DNA of 38,315 nucleotides, taken from the IMG/VR virus record IMGVR_UViG_3300034032_000020, positions 1 through 38,315 of that record; one strand, given 5' to 3'. The translations under genes and the position numbers were made by a program. Source of the DNA: a virus (Duplodnaviria; Caudoviricetes). Below, one piece after another: positions 7,684-15,403 of the stretch (position 1 is its first letter; the number at the start of each line of letters is the position of its first letter). The notes beneath the pieces were generated by a model. It searched no databases, was not told where the DNA came from, and saw nothing but the letters and a program-made list of their open reading frames with translations.

Positions 7684-7860
7684 TCAGCCATCGTCGCGCT
7701 CCCCGGCTTCGAAAGCGCCAGACGTGATGAACCGCGCATAGGCTTTCGCCAACTCCGCAATCGTTGCGGCCCCGGCGCCGCCGCCGGCGGCGACGGCGAG
7801 TTCGAGGGCCTTGGCGCGGCAGGCGCGCGGGCCGAGGTCCGGGGCGGAAGGCTCGCTCAT
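7684..7860 (-). CDS. Small hypothetical protein (58 aa, MSEPSAPDLGPRACRAKALELAV...)
   Basis: ATGA overlap with the cro-like stop. Confidence 0.55.
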   Translation of the reverse strand: MSEPSAPDLGPRACRAKALELAVAAGGGAGAATIAELAKAYARFITSGAFEAGERDDG

Positions 7861-8180
7861 CGTGCGGGCTCGCCAATCTGCAAAATCGAGGGCCGATCGC
7901 ACGAGGCAACCGGCCCTCGACCCCCTACCGTGCGCCCAGCGGGGGGAACGTGGAGATGACCTTCTTCGGGCGGGTAGAGATCGGGGCGCAGCTCGAAGCG
8001 GCTGACGCCCAGCTTCTGCTCTACGAGCCGGACGTATTCCGCCGGCAGCGGCTTGCCCAGCTTCAGCCATTCGAAGACGGTGGACTGACGCTTGCCGATG
8101 AGGCGGCCGAACGCGCTCTGGCCGCCGGCAACCCGGACGGCTTTTCTAAGCGGTGATTCGGCTACCGGTGATTCGTTCAT
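7857..8180 (-). CDS. cro: Cro-like / YdaS-family HTH repressor
   Basis: LRKAVRVAGGQSAFGRLIGKRQSTVFEWL...GVSRFELRPDLYP; divergent from CI. Confidence 0.88.
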   Translation of the reverse strand: MNESPVAESPLRKAVRVAGGQSAFGRLIGKRQSTVFEWLKLGKPLPAEYVRLVEQKLGVSRFELRPDLYPPEEGHLHVPPAGRTVGGRGPVASCDRPSILQIGEPAR

Positions 8181-8257
8181 GGCGTACCTATCGGCATACC
8201 GTTAGCGTCCGTCAATCGGAAAACGTTGTGCACCTGCTAACGGCGCGCCGGTAGCAT
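8162..8257. promoter_or_regulatory. Immunity switch: divergent promoters and operator palindromes CTANCGG-N4-CCGNTAG
   Basis: ctatcgg-cata-ccgttag (8188-8205), ctaacgg-cgcg-ccggtag (8237-8254), degenerate copies near 8162 and 8213; minus-strand TTGACG at 8210-8215; plus-strand TAGCAT at 8252-8257. Confidence 0.7.
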
Positions 8258-8591
8258 GTCTGCGATGATCCAGGGGGACCGCATTGAACGCCTTCTAGCG
8301 CAGCACGAGCTTTCGCAGTCGGAACTCGCGCGGCGGGTGGGTGTGCGTCAGTCGACGATCAACGGATTGATCCGGGGCCATGCCCAAGGTTCGAAGCACC
8401 TCCACAAGATCGCGCGCGAACTGCTAACCACACCCGCATACCTGGCCGGGGAAACCGATGATCCGGATGCTGATGCGCCAGAGCAGCCCGAACTGACCCA
8501 CGACGAAGCGCAGATGATCGAGATTATGCGGCAGCTTCCGGACGAAGATCGGGAAGCGCTGAAGCGGTTGGCGGCGCGGATGCTGCGTTGA
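8256..8591 (+). CDS. cI: CI-like XRE immunity repressor lacking the S24 autoprotease domain (possible leaderless start at 8265)
   Basis: LSQSELARRVGVRQSTINGL...LHKIARELLTTPAYLAGE; only 111 aa. Confidence 0.88.
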   Translation: MSAMIQGDRIERLLAQHELSQSELARRVGVRQSTINGLIRGHAQGSKHLHKIARELLTTPAYLAGETDDPDADAPEQPELTHDEAQMIEIMRQLPDEDREALKRLAARMLR

Positions 8592-8648
8592 AAGTTGCAA
8601 CGGCCGGGGGTGGGCACCGGCAAAATTTGACAGTGGAGAACAGGGAAA

Positions 8649-9239
8649 ATGGATACCGACGAGAAGAAGTGCCCGCGTTGTGCGGAGACGGTTAAGGCTG
8701 AGGCCAAGGTATGCCGGCATTGCGGCTATGACTTCGAGACCGGGCAGGGCGCCGGCACGACAGCACATCCGGTTCCGCCGACCGGTAAGTCAAAGACGAA
8801 GCAGGGGCTGCTCGGCTGCGTCGGTCTCATCGTTCTGCTCGTTATCATCGGAATGATTTTCGGCGGAGGGAGCGAGGACGGCGCCGAAACAGGCAGTGCC
8901 GGCGAGACCAAGGCGGCTGAGGTGCAGGCCACTCCGGTGTCGGCGCGCCAGCTTGCGGCAGCGTACGAAGCCAATGAGGCAGCGGCTCAGCAGCAATATG
9001 GTAACAAGCCGCTCCTGGTCACCGGAACGGTTGCCGGCGTCGAACTCGACTTCAGCGACAAGCCAATGCTGAAGCTCCAAGGGACGAACCAGTTCCTCGA
9101 TGTGCAGGCGGACCTGGACGAGGAGAGCCAGAAGAAAGCGAGTTCGATCAGCAAGGGCCAGTCGATCACGCTGCGCTGCACCGGGGTCTCGGAGGTCATG
9201 TCGATCCCGATGCTGAAGGGCTGTTCGCTGCAGGGGTAG
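8649..9239 (+). CDS. Membrane-anchored protein: zinc ribbon + TM helix + OB-fold (tRNA_anti-like) domain
   Basis: KKCPRCAETVKAEAKVCRHCGYDF; TM GLLGCVGLIVLLVIIGMIF; VSARQLAAAYEANEAAAQQQYGNKPLLVTGTV...ISKGQSITLRC. Confidence 0.8.
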   Translation: MDTDEKKCPRCAETVKAEAKVCRHCGYDFETGQGAGTTAHPVPPTGKSKTKQGLLGCVGLIVLLVIIGMIFGGGSEDGAETGSAGETKAAEVQATPVSARQLAAAYEANEAAAQQQYGNKPLLVTGTVAGVELDFSDKPMLKLQGTNQFLDVQADLDEESQKKASSISKGQSITLRCTGVSEVMSIPMLKGCSLQG

Positions 9240-9427
9240 CAGGTCGGCAACGGCCACGGCGCCGAAGTGCCGAAATGAACCTATGTTAGCCACTTAACGC
9301 GACAGGTTCAGACGTGGAGCGAGACTGATGCGGATGGATGAGTGTCCGTTTCGGATCAATCTCGCTGCCCGGCGCCGGGATCGATCCTGCTACGACGGCG
9401 CACCGCCGGCAGCTGGGGTGCCCCTGC

Positions 9428-9592
9428 GTGGACAATCCGGAAAACGACCTGAGCGACCGCGAGAAGAGGCTGCTCACCATCGTGCGGCTGCTTGAAGAGG
9501 AAGACCTGGACGCGCTGCTCCGGGTTGCCGAGCGGATGCTTCCGCCGACCACGGTGCATCGACCGCCGGGAACGCCCGGCAATGAGAATTAG
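9428..9592 (+). CDS. Small protein paralogous to the CI C-terminal domain (putative antirepressor)
   Basis: GTG start after GGGGTG (track start 9338); DLSDREKRLLTIVRLLEEEDLDALLRVAERML aligns with CI ELTHDEAQMIEIMRQLPDEDREALKRLAARML. Confidence 0.7.
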   Translation: MDNPENDLSDREKRLLTIVRLLEEEDLDALLRVAERMLPPTTVHRPPGTPGNEN

Positions 9593-9813
9593 ACAGCGCC
9601 GTCGCCAGTCATCCCTTATCTGGCGGCGAGCGGGTTTCCGGTCACCGCGCGCGGCGACGGCTGCTACGACGTGCTCAACGTCGGCAAGGGGCTGACGCTT
9701 GGCCAAGTGTATGAGGTCTACCGACGCTTACGATACTGGCCGGATTGGCCGGGGGTAACTGGCTGGGCCTCGACACTGCCGCAACATTTCGACGGCAACT
9801 CCGTCCCTTTTAG

Positions 9814-9847
9814 TTGACACCCCCCCGTGCCGTCCCTTATACGGGAC
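9814..9847 (+). promoter_or_regulatory. TA promoter and operator
   Basis: TTGACA at 9814-9819, TATACG at 9838-9843, palindrome GTCCC-N6-GGGAC (9832-9847) over the -10. Confidence 0.65.
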
Positions 9848-9849
9848 AC

Positions 9850-10137
9850 ATGATCAGCGTCGAAGCAACCGATACGTTCCGCAAGTGGCATGGCAAGCTG
9901 CGGGACGATCGCGCGTCGAAGAAGATCGCGATCGCAATCGCCAAGCTCGCTCACGGCCTCGGCGATATCGCAAGCGTCGGCGGCGGCGTGAGCGAAGTGC
10001 GGATCGATTACGGCCCGGGCTACCGCCTGTACTTCACGCGCCGGGGCGACACGCTGATCATTCTGCTCTGCGGCGGCGACAAGTCGACGCAGGATCGTGA
10101 CATCGAAAAAGGAAAGGAGATGGCCGCCGCCCTTTGA
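9850..10137 (+). CDS. RelE/ParE-family toxin (addiction module killer protein, HI1419-like)
   Basis: FRKWHGKLRD...GLGDIASVGGGVSEVRIDYGPGYRLYFTRRGDTLIILLCGGDKSTQDRDI. Confidence 0.93.
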   Translation: MISVEATDTFRKWHGKLRDDRASKKIAIAIAKLAHGLGDIASVGGGVSEVRIDYGPGYRLYFTRRGDTLIILLCGGDKSTQDRDIEKGKEMAAAL

Positions 10138-10174
10138 AATTGCGGTCTAAAAATACTTAAAAGGCAACATACTC

Positions 10175-10495
10175 ATGGCACACTCCCCTACCACAACCAC
10201 CACACCCTATCACCCGGACGAATTCCTCGACGATGCGGAAAGCCAGGCGGAGCTGCTCAACGATGCGCTCGAATCGGGCCATGCCGGCTATGTGGCGGAC
10301 GCGCTCGGCATCATCGCCCGCGCGCGCGGCATGACCGAGCTGGCGCGCGTCACCGGCGTTCCCCGCGGCACGCTTTACAAAGCGCTCCAGGAGGAAGGCA
10401 ATCCAACGCTTGAGACGGTGATGAAAGTGCTCGGCGCGCTGAACATCGAGCTCACGGCAGTAGCAAAAGCGGCGCCGAAAGCGGCGCACGCCTGA
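10175..10495 (+). CDS. Addiction module antidote protein (HI1420-like HTH antitoxin)
   Basis: ALGIIARARGMTELARVTGVPRGTLYKALQEEGNPTLETVMKVLGAL. Confidence 0.93.
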   Translation: MAHSPTTTTTPYHPDEFLDDAESQAELLNDALESGHAGYVADALGIIARARGMTELARVTGVPRGTLYKALQEEGNPTLETVMKVLGALNIELTAVAKAAPKAAHA

Positions 10496-10518
10496 ACGAC
10501 AAAAGAAGGAAGACGATA

Positions 10519-10707
10519 ATGGAAGCAGAATATTTCGGCCTTGCGGCCTACCACCTGATGGGCTCGATGCTTGACGAACTGGAGACGCTGCATCCGGGCA
10601 GCAGCAAAAGTATCGTTGCTCGGGCGATCCGCACATTGAACCCGAACGACACCAACCATGCCATGGTGCTATCGATTATCACCCAATTGCCCGCCGCCAA
10701 GCCCTAA
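10519..10707 (+). CDS. Hypothetical 62-aa protein downstream of the TA pair
   Basis: Strong AAGAAGGAAG RBS; converges on gene D. Confidence 0.6.
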   Translation: MEAEYFGLAAYHLMGSMLDELETLHPGSSKSIVARAIRTLNPNDTNHAMVLSIITQLPAAKP

Positions 10708-11708
10708 GCCGCGCGCTCCATCTGGAGCGAGGTGGTGTAGCCGCCCTGCCCCAGCGTATGCACCACCTCCACGATCAGCCACGGCGTGGCGTCGATCTCC
10801 GGCTTGAAGCCCTGCACCCGCGTCTTGCGCTCCGGGTAGAGATCGGCGCGGCCGAGCGCGAGCTCGAAGGAGAACTTGGCGCCGGCGCGCTGCTGGCGGC
10901 CGTGCTCCGATCTGGCGGCGCGCTTTGCCGCGCTCTCGGTGTGGTAAGTGCGGGCGAGCCGCTTCGCCTTGTCCGGCTTGCCGGCATGGACCACCTTCGT
11001 CTTCGCGGCCTTGCGATCGTGGTAGGCGGCCGACACGCCTTCCGATTCCTCTTTCTTCTCCATCGAGAAATTGTGCTTGTCGCCCTGGCGGCGGACGATC
11101 GTCGCGCCGGGGATCGCGGCGCCGGTGGCGGTGGTGCCCGCGCCGATCGGCGCGAAGACCAGGGCGCCCGCCTTCACCGTGGCCACCGCGTCATGCTCGC
11201 GGCCGAGGCGGCGCAGCAAGGCGAGATCGCTTTCGCGGCTCTGCGCCAGCGCCTTCACCGGCAGAGCCGCGAGCGCGGCCGCGCAACGCGGCGTCAGCTT
11301 GTTCCTCGCCGCGACGTCGGCGACTACGGCGCCGATCGTCGTGTTGCGCCAGCTCTTCTCCCGCCGCGTGCGGATCTGGCTGTTGAAATCTGCGGCACTG
11401 GCGCTGATCGTCACCTTGTCCGGAGCGCCGGCATGGGCGACCGAGTCGACCTTGAAGCTGCCCTTGTTGATCAGGCCGAGCTCAACCTCGCTGCCGGCCT
11501 TCCAGCCAAGCTGCAGGGTGAGCGTGGCGCCGAGCCTGGGAAGGGCAAGCCCGCCGTCGCTGTCGTCCAGTTCGATCTCCAGCTGGTCGGCCTCGCCGGC
11601 CCGCTTGTCGGTGAGGGTGAGCGAGATCAGCCGCGGCCGCACCTTGGGCGTCAGATCCTTGTCGCCAAGCATCAGTTTGAAATCCGGGACGTTGGTGGCG
11701 TAGGACAT
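10704..11708 (-). CDS. gpD: P2 gpD-like late control / baseplate hub protein
   Basis: RLISLTLTDKRAGEADQLEIELDD, QSRESDLALLRRLG, GFKPEIDATPWLI. Confidence 0.92.
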   Translation of the reverse strand: MSYATNVPDFKLMLGDKDLTPKVRPRLISLTLTDKRAGEADQLEIELDDSDGGLALPRLGATLTLQLGWKAGSEVELGLINKGSFKVDSVAHAGAPDKVTISASAADFNSQIRTRREKSWRNTTIGAVVADVAARNKLTPRCAAALAALPVKALAQSRESDLALLRRLGREHDAVATVKAGALVFAPIGAGTTATGAAIPGATIVRRQGDKHNFSMEKKEESEGVSAAYHDRKAAKTKVVHAGKPDKAKRLARTYHTESAAKRAARSEHGRQQRAGAKFSFELALGRADLYPERKTRVQGFKPEIDATPWLIVEVVHTLGQGGYTTSLQMERAA

Positions 11709-12112
11709 CAGCGCAGCCCCGAGCCGGGAGCCGCCGGCGCATCGACGGCGAGCAGATCGATTCCGAAATCGATCTTGCGGGGCGTACCATCGGGGAAGAA
11801 ATAGCTTCGCCGTTCGTCGATCGCGGTGATGACGTAGGCGCCGAAGACCTGGCCGGTGCCGTCGACCAGCGGCCAGGCCTCGCCGTTCGACGCCATCTCG
11901 CGAAGCTGATCGAGGGAGGCGGCGCCCTTGCTCAGCTCGGCGAAGGCCGAGCCGCTTACCGAGACCGTCTCGTCGCCAGGGCCGACGAACTGGGTGGCGT
12001 CGGCCGCGCCGAAGCGGTTGGTGCGGGCGTGGCGCCAGTCCATCTTCCGCTGCAGCTCGTCATGGGCAAGCGTCGGGATCGAGAACAGGAACATGCCGAG
12101 CGACATCAGCAT
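11708..12112 (-). CDS. gpU: P2 gpU-like tail protein
   Basis: MLMSLGMFLF...QFVGPGDETVSVSG...WPLVDGTG...FFPDGTPRKIDF; start ATG 12112. Confidence 0.92.
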   Translation of the reverse strand: MLMSLGMFLFSIPTLAHDELQRKMDWRHARTNRFGAADATQFVGPGDETVSVSGSAFAELSKGAASLDQLREMASNGEAWPLVDGTGQVFGAYVITAIDERRSYFFPDGTPRKIDFGIDLLAVDAPAAPGSGLR

Positions 12113-14811
12113 CAGACCCACTCCCCGTCGGGCGCGTCGCCGAACGAACCGGAGCCGCTCCCGCCCCTCTTGCCAAGCGCCTCGGCAACCTTCTTGGCGA
12201 CCAGGTCCGCAAGCATCCGCTCGTCCATGCCGGGGCCGGCCTTGACGACGAGGGTGCCGATCAACGGCGCGCCGCCGGCAGCCGCGCCCGCGGCGGCACC
12301 GGCACCCGGGCCGGGTCCACCGGCAAGGCTGACGCCGGCCATCGCCGGCGCGGCCGCGCCGATCGCGAGGGCAGCCGTCATATCGCGGGACAGCCTGGTC
12401 AGCCGCTGAATGGGTGCAGGAGCGCCGTTGGCCAGGCCCCGATCGAGCCCGTCCATCACGAAGCCGCCAAGCCCCATGAAGACGCGGGACGGCGAGTGAA
12501 TGCCGAGCTTCTGCTTGAACCATTTGGCGGCCGAGGAGGCGGCGTTGACGATCGTGGACTTGAGTTGGCCGAGCTTGCCGGTGATGCCGCCGATCAGGCC
12601 CTGAATGAGGTTGGCGCCGAACTGGACGAACTTCACGTGCAACCCCACGAACCAGGCGAAGCCGGCGGCGAAAGCGTTCTTGACCGCCTGCCATGCGCCG
12701 GCGCCGCCGTTGGCGAACAGGCTCCTGATCCACGCCCAGGCGGCGGCGAGAGGCGCGATGAAGGCCTTGAACGTGGCGATCGCCGCCGCCCATCCGGCGG
12801 CGAGGCTGGCTTTGAAGGCGGCCCATGCCTGGCCAATGCGTGCGATCCCGGCGAAGAAGGCGGCCTTGATGGTGTCCCAGTGCTTCCAGATCATGTAGCC
12901 GGCGAAAGCGAGGACCACGACGATGGCGACGATGGCGGCCACCAGCGGATTGGCGAGCATCATCGCGGCCGCCTGCGCCACGCCGCGCGCGAGCATCATG
13001 ATGCCGGCGCGGAACAGGGGGAAGATCTTCAGGGGGTAGAGAAGGCCCTTTGCGAACTTTACGAACAGTCCGGGCGTGGTGGTACCGAGCATCCGCGCCG
13101 TGAAAGCGAGTGCAGCGAGCGGCGCGAGCACGCCGGCAAGCGCTATCGCGGCACCGCCCAGCACAATCAAAAGCCCAGAAAGGGCCACAGCGGTTAACAG
13201 GATGCCTTTGGCAAGGTTCGGGTGCTGCCCCGCCCAGGCGGCAATCCACCCGGCGAACGCTGCCGCGCGGTCCCGCATTGCGTCAAAGGTGGGCCGCAAC
13301 TGATCGGCCATAACCAATTTGAGAGCGCTCATCTGCACCCTCAGCCTCTGCGCCTTCTGCTCGCTGTCCTCCATGCGCTTTGCAAATGCGGCATCGACCA
13401 CACCGGTGGCGCCCATCGCCTCAGCGCGGATCCGTTTATACTCAGCAAAGCCTTGAATGAGCGGTCGAAGCGCGGCCTGCACCTGGGCATCGCCAAACAG
13501 GAAGCTCAGCTTCGACAGATCGCCTTTGGTCGCCTTGTTAGTAAGCTCGGCGATGGCTTCGATCGGCGACTTGCCGGCGGCGGCAGCCGCCTTCATCGCC
13601 TTGGGAAGATTGATGCCGAACTCCTTGAAGTTCTTGATCGTGTCTTCGGTATTGATCTTGTTGAGCAGGTTCTGAACGTTGTTTGCCGCTTGCGCCGGAT
13701 CGCCCGCGCCCTTCAGCGCAATCTGCAGAGCGGCGGAGAGATCGCCAACTGCTTCGACGCCCGTCTGCCCGAGCGCCTGCGCCGCCGCAGTTAGGGCGGG
13801 GAAATGTGCGGCCATGTCGTTGATCTCGAAGCCGCCAGCGTTGCCCGCTGTGCCCATCACGTCCAAGACCTTCGCCACCTGTTCCGCGGGAACTTTCAGG
13901 TTGTCGAGAGACGCAAAGGTGGCGTCCGAGAGATCGCGAACGTCTGCTCCGTAGGCGGTGGCGGCCCTGCCGATCGGCGCGATCGCCTTCATTGCTCGTT
14001 TCGGATCAAGTCCTTTCCCCAGCAGGGTGTCGAATCCTTGCTGGATGGATTCGGGAAGTTGGTTCGCGGATCGGCCGATGGCGATCAGCTCGACGCCCAT
14101 CTTACGTGCCGCCTCGCGAGAGAGGTTCGCCTTCAAAGCGATGTCGGTCATCACCGACTGGAACGCCCTTCCCTCTCCCTCAGCCGCGAGGATCGGGCCG
14201 CCAACCTTCCGTCCAGTCTCAATCGCCGCCATTCCGCCGGCAGCAAGCCCCGTCGCGGTGCCCTGAACGCGGCCGAACGCTTCCCGCCCTGCGGCAAGCC
14301 TAGTCGAACGCTCCTGCACCTTCTCGAGACGGCGCGCCTGCTCCGCCAACTCACCGTTGGTGCGGGACGCCTCGCGGCGAAGCTCGCGTTCGTGCTCGGC
14401 GAGCTTGTTGGTGGAAATGCCGGCGGCGTTCAGCCGGTCGCGCAGCTGCTGAAGCTTGACTACTTCGCGGCCATGTTCCGCTTCCAGCCCCGCCGCCTCG
14501 CGCTTGGCGTGCGCGAATTCCGTGGCGAGCTTTTTCGTCGGCGTCTGGGCCGTGGCCATCTGTCGGCCGAGCTGGGTGGCCCGGGCCTGCGCCGACTGCA
14601 GCCGCTCCTCGAGCGCCCTGGCGCCGGCCTTCGCCTCGCGGAAGCCTCCGATATCGGCCTGCGCGCGGTCGAGCTCGCGCATCCTGTCGCGCATCGCCTT
14701 GAGGTTGTCGGCCGCGCGCGAGGATCCGCCGGCGATGTCGCGCAGCGGCCTCGTGACCTTGTCCATCGCCTGGAAGAGGAGCTGGATCCTGAGGTTGCGA
14801 TCTCCGCTCAA
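12112..14811 (-). CDS. gpT: Tail tape measure protein (gpT)
   Basis: 899 aa, Ala-rich, AMDKVTRPL N-terminus, TM region, LGIHSPSRVF motif. Confidence 0.93.
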   Translation of the reverse strand: MSGDRNLRIQLLFQAMDKVTRPLRDIAGGSSRAADNLKAMRDRMRELDRAQADIGGFREAKAGARALEERLQSAQARATQLGRQMATAQTPTKKLATEFAHAKREAAGLEAEHGREVVKLQQLRDRLNAAGISTNKLAEHERELRREASRTNGELAEQARRLEKVQERSTRLAAGREAFGRVQGTATGLAAGGMAAIETGRKVGGPILAAEGEGRAFQSVMTDIALKANLSREAARKMGVELIAIGRSANQLPESIQQGFDTLLGKGLDPKRAMKAIAPIGRAATAYGADVRDLSDATFASLDNLKVPAEQVAKVLDVMGTAGNAGGFEINDMAAHFPALTAAAQALGQTGVEAVGDLSAALQIALKGAGDPAQAANNVQNLLNKINTEDTIKNFKEFGINLPKAMKAAAAAGKSPIEAIAELTNKATKGDLSKLSFLFGDAQVQAALRPLIQGFAEYKRIRAEAMGATGVVDAAFAKRMEDSEQKAQRLRVQMSALKLVMADQLRPTFDAMRDRAAAFAGWIAAWAGQHPNLAKGILLTAVALSGLLIVLGGAAIALAGVLAPLAALAFTARMLGTTTPGLFVKFAKGLLYPLKIFPLFRAGIMMLARGVAQAAAMMLANPLVAAIVAIVVVLAFAGYMIWKHWDTIKAAFFAGIARIGQAWAAFKASLAAGWAAAIATFKAFIAPLAAAWAWIRSLFANGGAGAWQAVKNAFAAGFAWFVGLHVKFVQFGANLIQGLIGGITGKLGQLKSTIVNAASSAAKWFKQKLGIHSPSRVFMGLGGFVMDGLDRGLANGAPAPIQRLTRLSRDMTAALAIGAAAPAMAGVSLAGGPGPGAGAAAGAAAGGAPLIGTLVVKAGPGMDERMLADLVAKKVAEALGKRGGSGSGSFGDAPDGEWV

Positions 14812-14812
14812 G

Positions 14813-14989
14813 TCACTTCTCCTTGGGCAGGCGATCGATCGCCCGCTGCCGCCAGGCCATGAGCTCGGCGAGGCTCATTCCGTCGAGGACGTCCGGCGTC
14901 CATCCACGGAAGACGATGTTGATGTCGGCAAGCGCGTCCTCTACGCTTGCCGGGAGGCCTCCGCCTTCGCTGCTTTCGGCAGCAAAAAA
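14813..14989 (-). CDS. gpE': gpE' extension reached by programmed -1 frameshift
   Basis: Slippery TTTTTTG at 14983-14989; the -1 frame reads ...VEDALADINIVFRGWTPDVLDGMSLAELMAWRQRAIDRLPKEK*. Confidence 0.88.
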   Translation of the reverse strand, partial: FFAAESSEGGGLPASVEDALADINIVFRGWTPDVLDGMSLAELMAWRQRAIDRLPKEK

Positions 14990-15282
14990 TCCATCACCTC
15001 GCCACCCAGCTGCATGAAATCAGCCGGATCCATCGCGGCTACGTCGTGCTTCTGGAGCGTCGGCGTGGTGATGCGCGGCGCCAGCGTTTCCAAAGACGTG
15101 TAGTCGAGCTGACTAAGCGCCATCAGGGTGAGGCCGCGCAGCTCGCCGGCGCCCGGCTTTCGGACCTTGATCTCGGTACCGGCGGGCTGCACGACCCGAT
15201 CGCCGACGCAGATATCGTGATCGAGGGTGAAGCTGCGGTAGGCAGGCTGGGCGGGGGTGGCTTCGAGCGGCTGAGTGGACAT
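14941..15282 (-). CDS. gpE: Tail assembly chaperone gpE
   Basis: VRKPGAGELRGLTL...PRITTPTL...MDPADFMQLGGEVMDFLLPK. Confidence 0.92.
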   Translation of the reverse strand: MSTQPLEATPAQPAYRSFTLDHDICVGDRVVQPAGTEIKVRKPGAGELRGLTLMALSQLDYTSLETLAPRITTPTLQKHDVAAMDPADFMQLGGEVMDFLLPKAAKAEASRQA

Positions 15283-15299
15283 GGCAATCACCTTGTAGA

Positions 15300-15358
15300 A
15301 ATGAGAAGAGCAGGGGCGGCGTCAGCTGAAGTATGCCGTACGGGACGCCGCCCCCTGC
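15300..15358 (-). terminator. Long GC stem-loop after the tail tube gene (terminator or attenuator)
   Basis: gcaggggcggcgtc (15310-15323) pairs with gacgccgccccctgc (15344-15358), followed by a pyrimidine-rich tail on the minus strand. Confidence 0.55.
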
Positions 15359-15403
15359 CCCGGTTCGCGCTGGAATTGTTGCCCCAGCGGCCCGGTGTTG
15401 AGA

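Noticed and set aside
9270-9320. LexA or CtrA box upstream of the CI mimic
   Set aside because: Only half-sites (GAAC, TTAAC) with wrong spacing
11708-13249. Long N-terminal extensions in the ORF track (gpU, gpO, gpQ, gpW, endolysin, ogr, ParB)
   Set aside because: They overlap neighbouring genes; conserved domains and start/stop overlaps indicate the shorter starts used here
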